Of a DNA stretch of 64,000 bases, positions 63,120 to 64,000 are shown in pieces. The translations under genes were made by a program, and so were the position numbers. The stretch comes from an uncultured virus (IMG/VR IMGVR_UViG_3300031241_000001) (Duplodnaviria; Heunggongvirae; Uroviricota; Caudoviricetes), in IMG/VR virus record IMGVR_UViG_3300031241_000001. One strand, given 5' to 3'. Numbering within the stretch: the first letter of the stretch is position 1; every line of letters starts with the position of its first letter. The notes under the pieces were generated by a model, which saw only the letters and a program-made list of their open reading frames with translations, had not been told where the DNA came from and made no database searches.

Positions 63120-63539
63120 CTATTCAGCTGCTTCGGCGGCCTTCATGGCGGCGAGGATGCGAGAGATCTGCTTCGCGTCGAGGGGGTGCCCCTTGCGGTT
63201 GACGAAGTTTCTCTCGAAGAGCGTGCGTGCGATGTCGCGGAGCCCCCGGCCCTCGGCGTGGAGCTTCTTGACCTCGGTGATCAAGCGTTGCTCGTACCGC
63301 GAGGGCTTGAGCTTCTTGGTGTCCTCGTCGGCGTCTAGTCCGTAGGGCAGGTTGCCGTTGAACTTGAGGCCCTTCGCACGTAGCCCTTCGACCGCGGCGA
63401 TCGTGCTCGTGCTGATCAGCTTACGCAGGGCTTGGTTCTCGGCGAGGAGCTCGCGGTAGGCGTCGCGCAGCTCGTCGGCGCTCGCGGCGGCGATCTCGCC
63501 TTCAGTGAGACCGAGCGGCTGCGGAGGCACGAAGGTCAT
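63120..63539 (-). CDS. Serine-recombinase DNA-binding (recombinase) domain without catalytic domain
   Basis: G...NGNLPYG...EQ.LI......G.GLRDIARTL......R.G......ISRIL; no N-terminal Y.R.S catalytic motif. Confidence 0.65.
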   Translation of the reverse strand: MTFVPPQPLGLTEGEIAAASADELRDAYRELLAENQALRKLISTSTIAAVEGLRAKGLKFNGNLPYGLDADEDTKKLKPSRYEQRLITEVKKLHAEGRGLRDIARTLFERNFVNRKGHPLDAKQISRILAAMKAAEAAE

Positions 63540-63704
63540 CCTAGCGAAGTGGAGGGGTCTCGACCACCTGTGGTGTGACAACACGGGGCCTGTTGTCACC
63601 AGCAATCAATAACTTGGGCTGCATGACGTCCTACAGCAAACCAGGACACTCAATTGAATCGGTATTCAAGTCACTGATGATTCTGGTAGGTTCTGCCGAT
63701 GCCG

Positions 63705-64000
63705 ATGGACTTGTTCGCCGGAATCAGGAGTTCGTCGACGCACTCTCGTCTCGAAGTACGGGAGGACGCGATTCGCCTGACGCCCCTTGAGATGGACGTG
63801 ATCGTCGCGCTCGAGGCGCGCGCCCGAGCAGCCCTGGAGGATCCGAACGGCTCCCCTACCAACGCCGAGTTCGTCGCAGCTGCCAGTCCGACCGTCGTCC
63901 TGGCGTTGATCGCGAAGGTGCGCGAGCTGAACGCTTCGCTCGTTGCGACGCGAGAGCACGCGGACGACGCTCCGCTGCCGGACTTCAGCGTCCGCGTCGC
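63705..64000 (+). CDS. Ead/Ea22-like phage protein (runs off the window end)
   Basis: Open frame from ATG 63705 containing NAEFVAAASPTVVLALIAKVREL; absent from the ORF track because it is truncated. Confidence 0.55.
   Translation, partial: MDLFAGIRSSSTHSRLEVREDAIRLTPLEMDVIVALEARARAALEDPNGSPTNAEFVAAASPTVVLALIAKVRELNASLVATREHADDAPLPDFSVRV

Larger units (their letters stand above)
12201..63539 (-). mobile_element. Phage-like run of short, translationally coupled minus-strand genes (accessory/early region of a large phage)
   Basis: Dozens of mostly 60-250 aa ORFs with ATGA/GTGA overlaps, mostly hypothetical; no housekeeping operons. Confidence 0.75.

Noticed and set aside
1..64000. tRNA/rRNA genes, virion structural genes, intact integrase or transposase
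   Set aside because: None recognisable by eye; a tRNAscan or HMM run would be needed to exclude divergent ones

Overview
High-GC window that reads as part of a large (jumbo-type) phage or phage-like element, probably from a Myxococcota-like host (inferred from a myxobacterial-looking DnaJ, sigma54-type promoters and GC content). No rRNA, tRNA, virion structural genes or canonical CRISPR array are visible. Positions 1-12 kb hold a regulatory and RNA-guided block: a nuclease-dead-looking Cas12m/TnpB-family gene, an RHH regulator, an SF2 helicase, a Zn-repeat protein, then a stand-alone RAMP (Cas7-like) gene plus partner gene followed by a 307-bp non-coding array of about 57 GGY-NN pentamers punctuated by GGCA tetramers, then a sigma70 and two glycosyltransferase-like genes. 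The RAMP plus GGY-NN array is the best candidate for a non-CRISPR RNA-guided system. Positions 12-63.5 kb are an almost uninterrupted minus-strand run of short, translationally coupled genes. Nine unrelated proteins there share a K-T/S-x-x-Q-L-D-[AR]-E-I-x-x-A-L peptide tag. The run also encodes two ADP-ribosyltransferase-like proteins, a Mom-like DNA modifier, a serpin-like protein, an RNA ligase, a radical SAM protein, SPFH and ParB-like proteins, and contains three sigma54-like promoters with a shared upstream palindromic box. All family calls come from motif recognition by eye; no database search was run.
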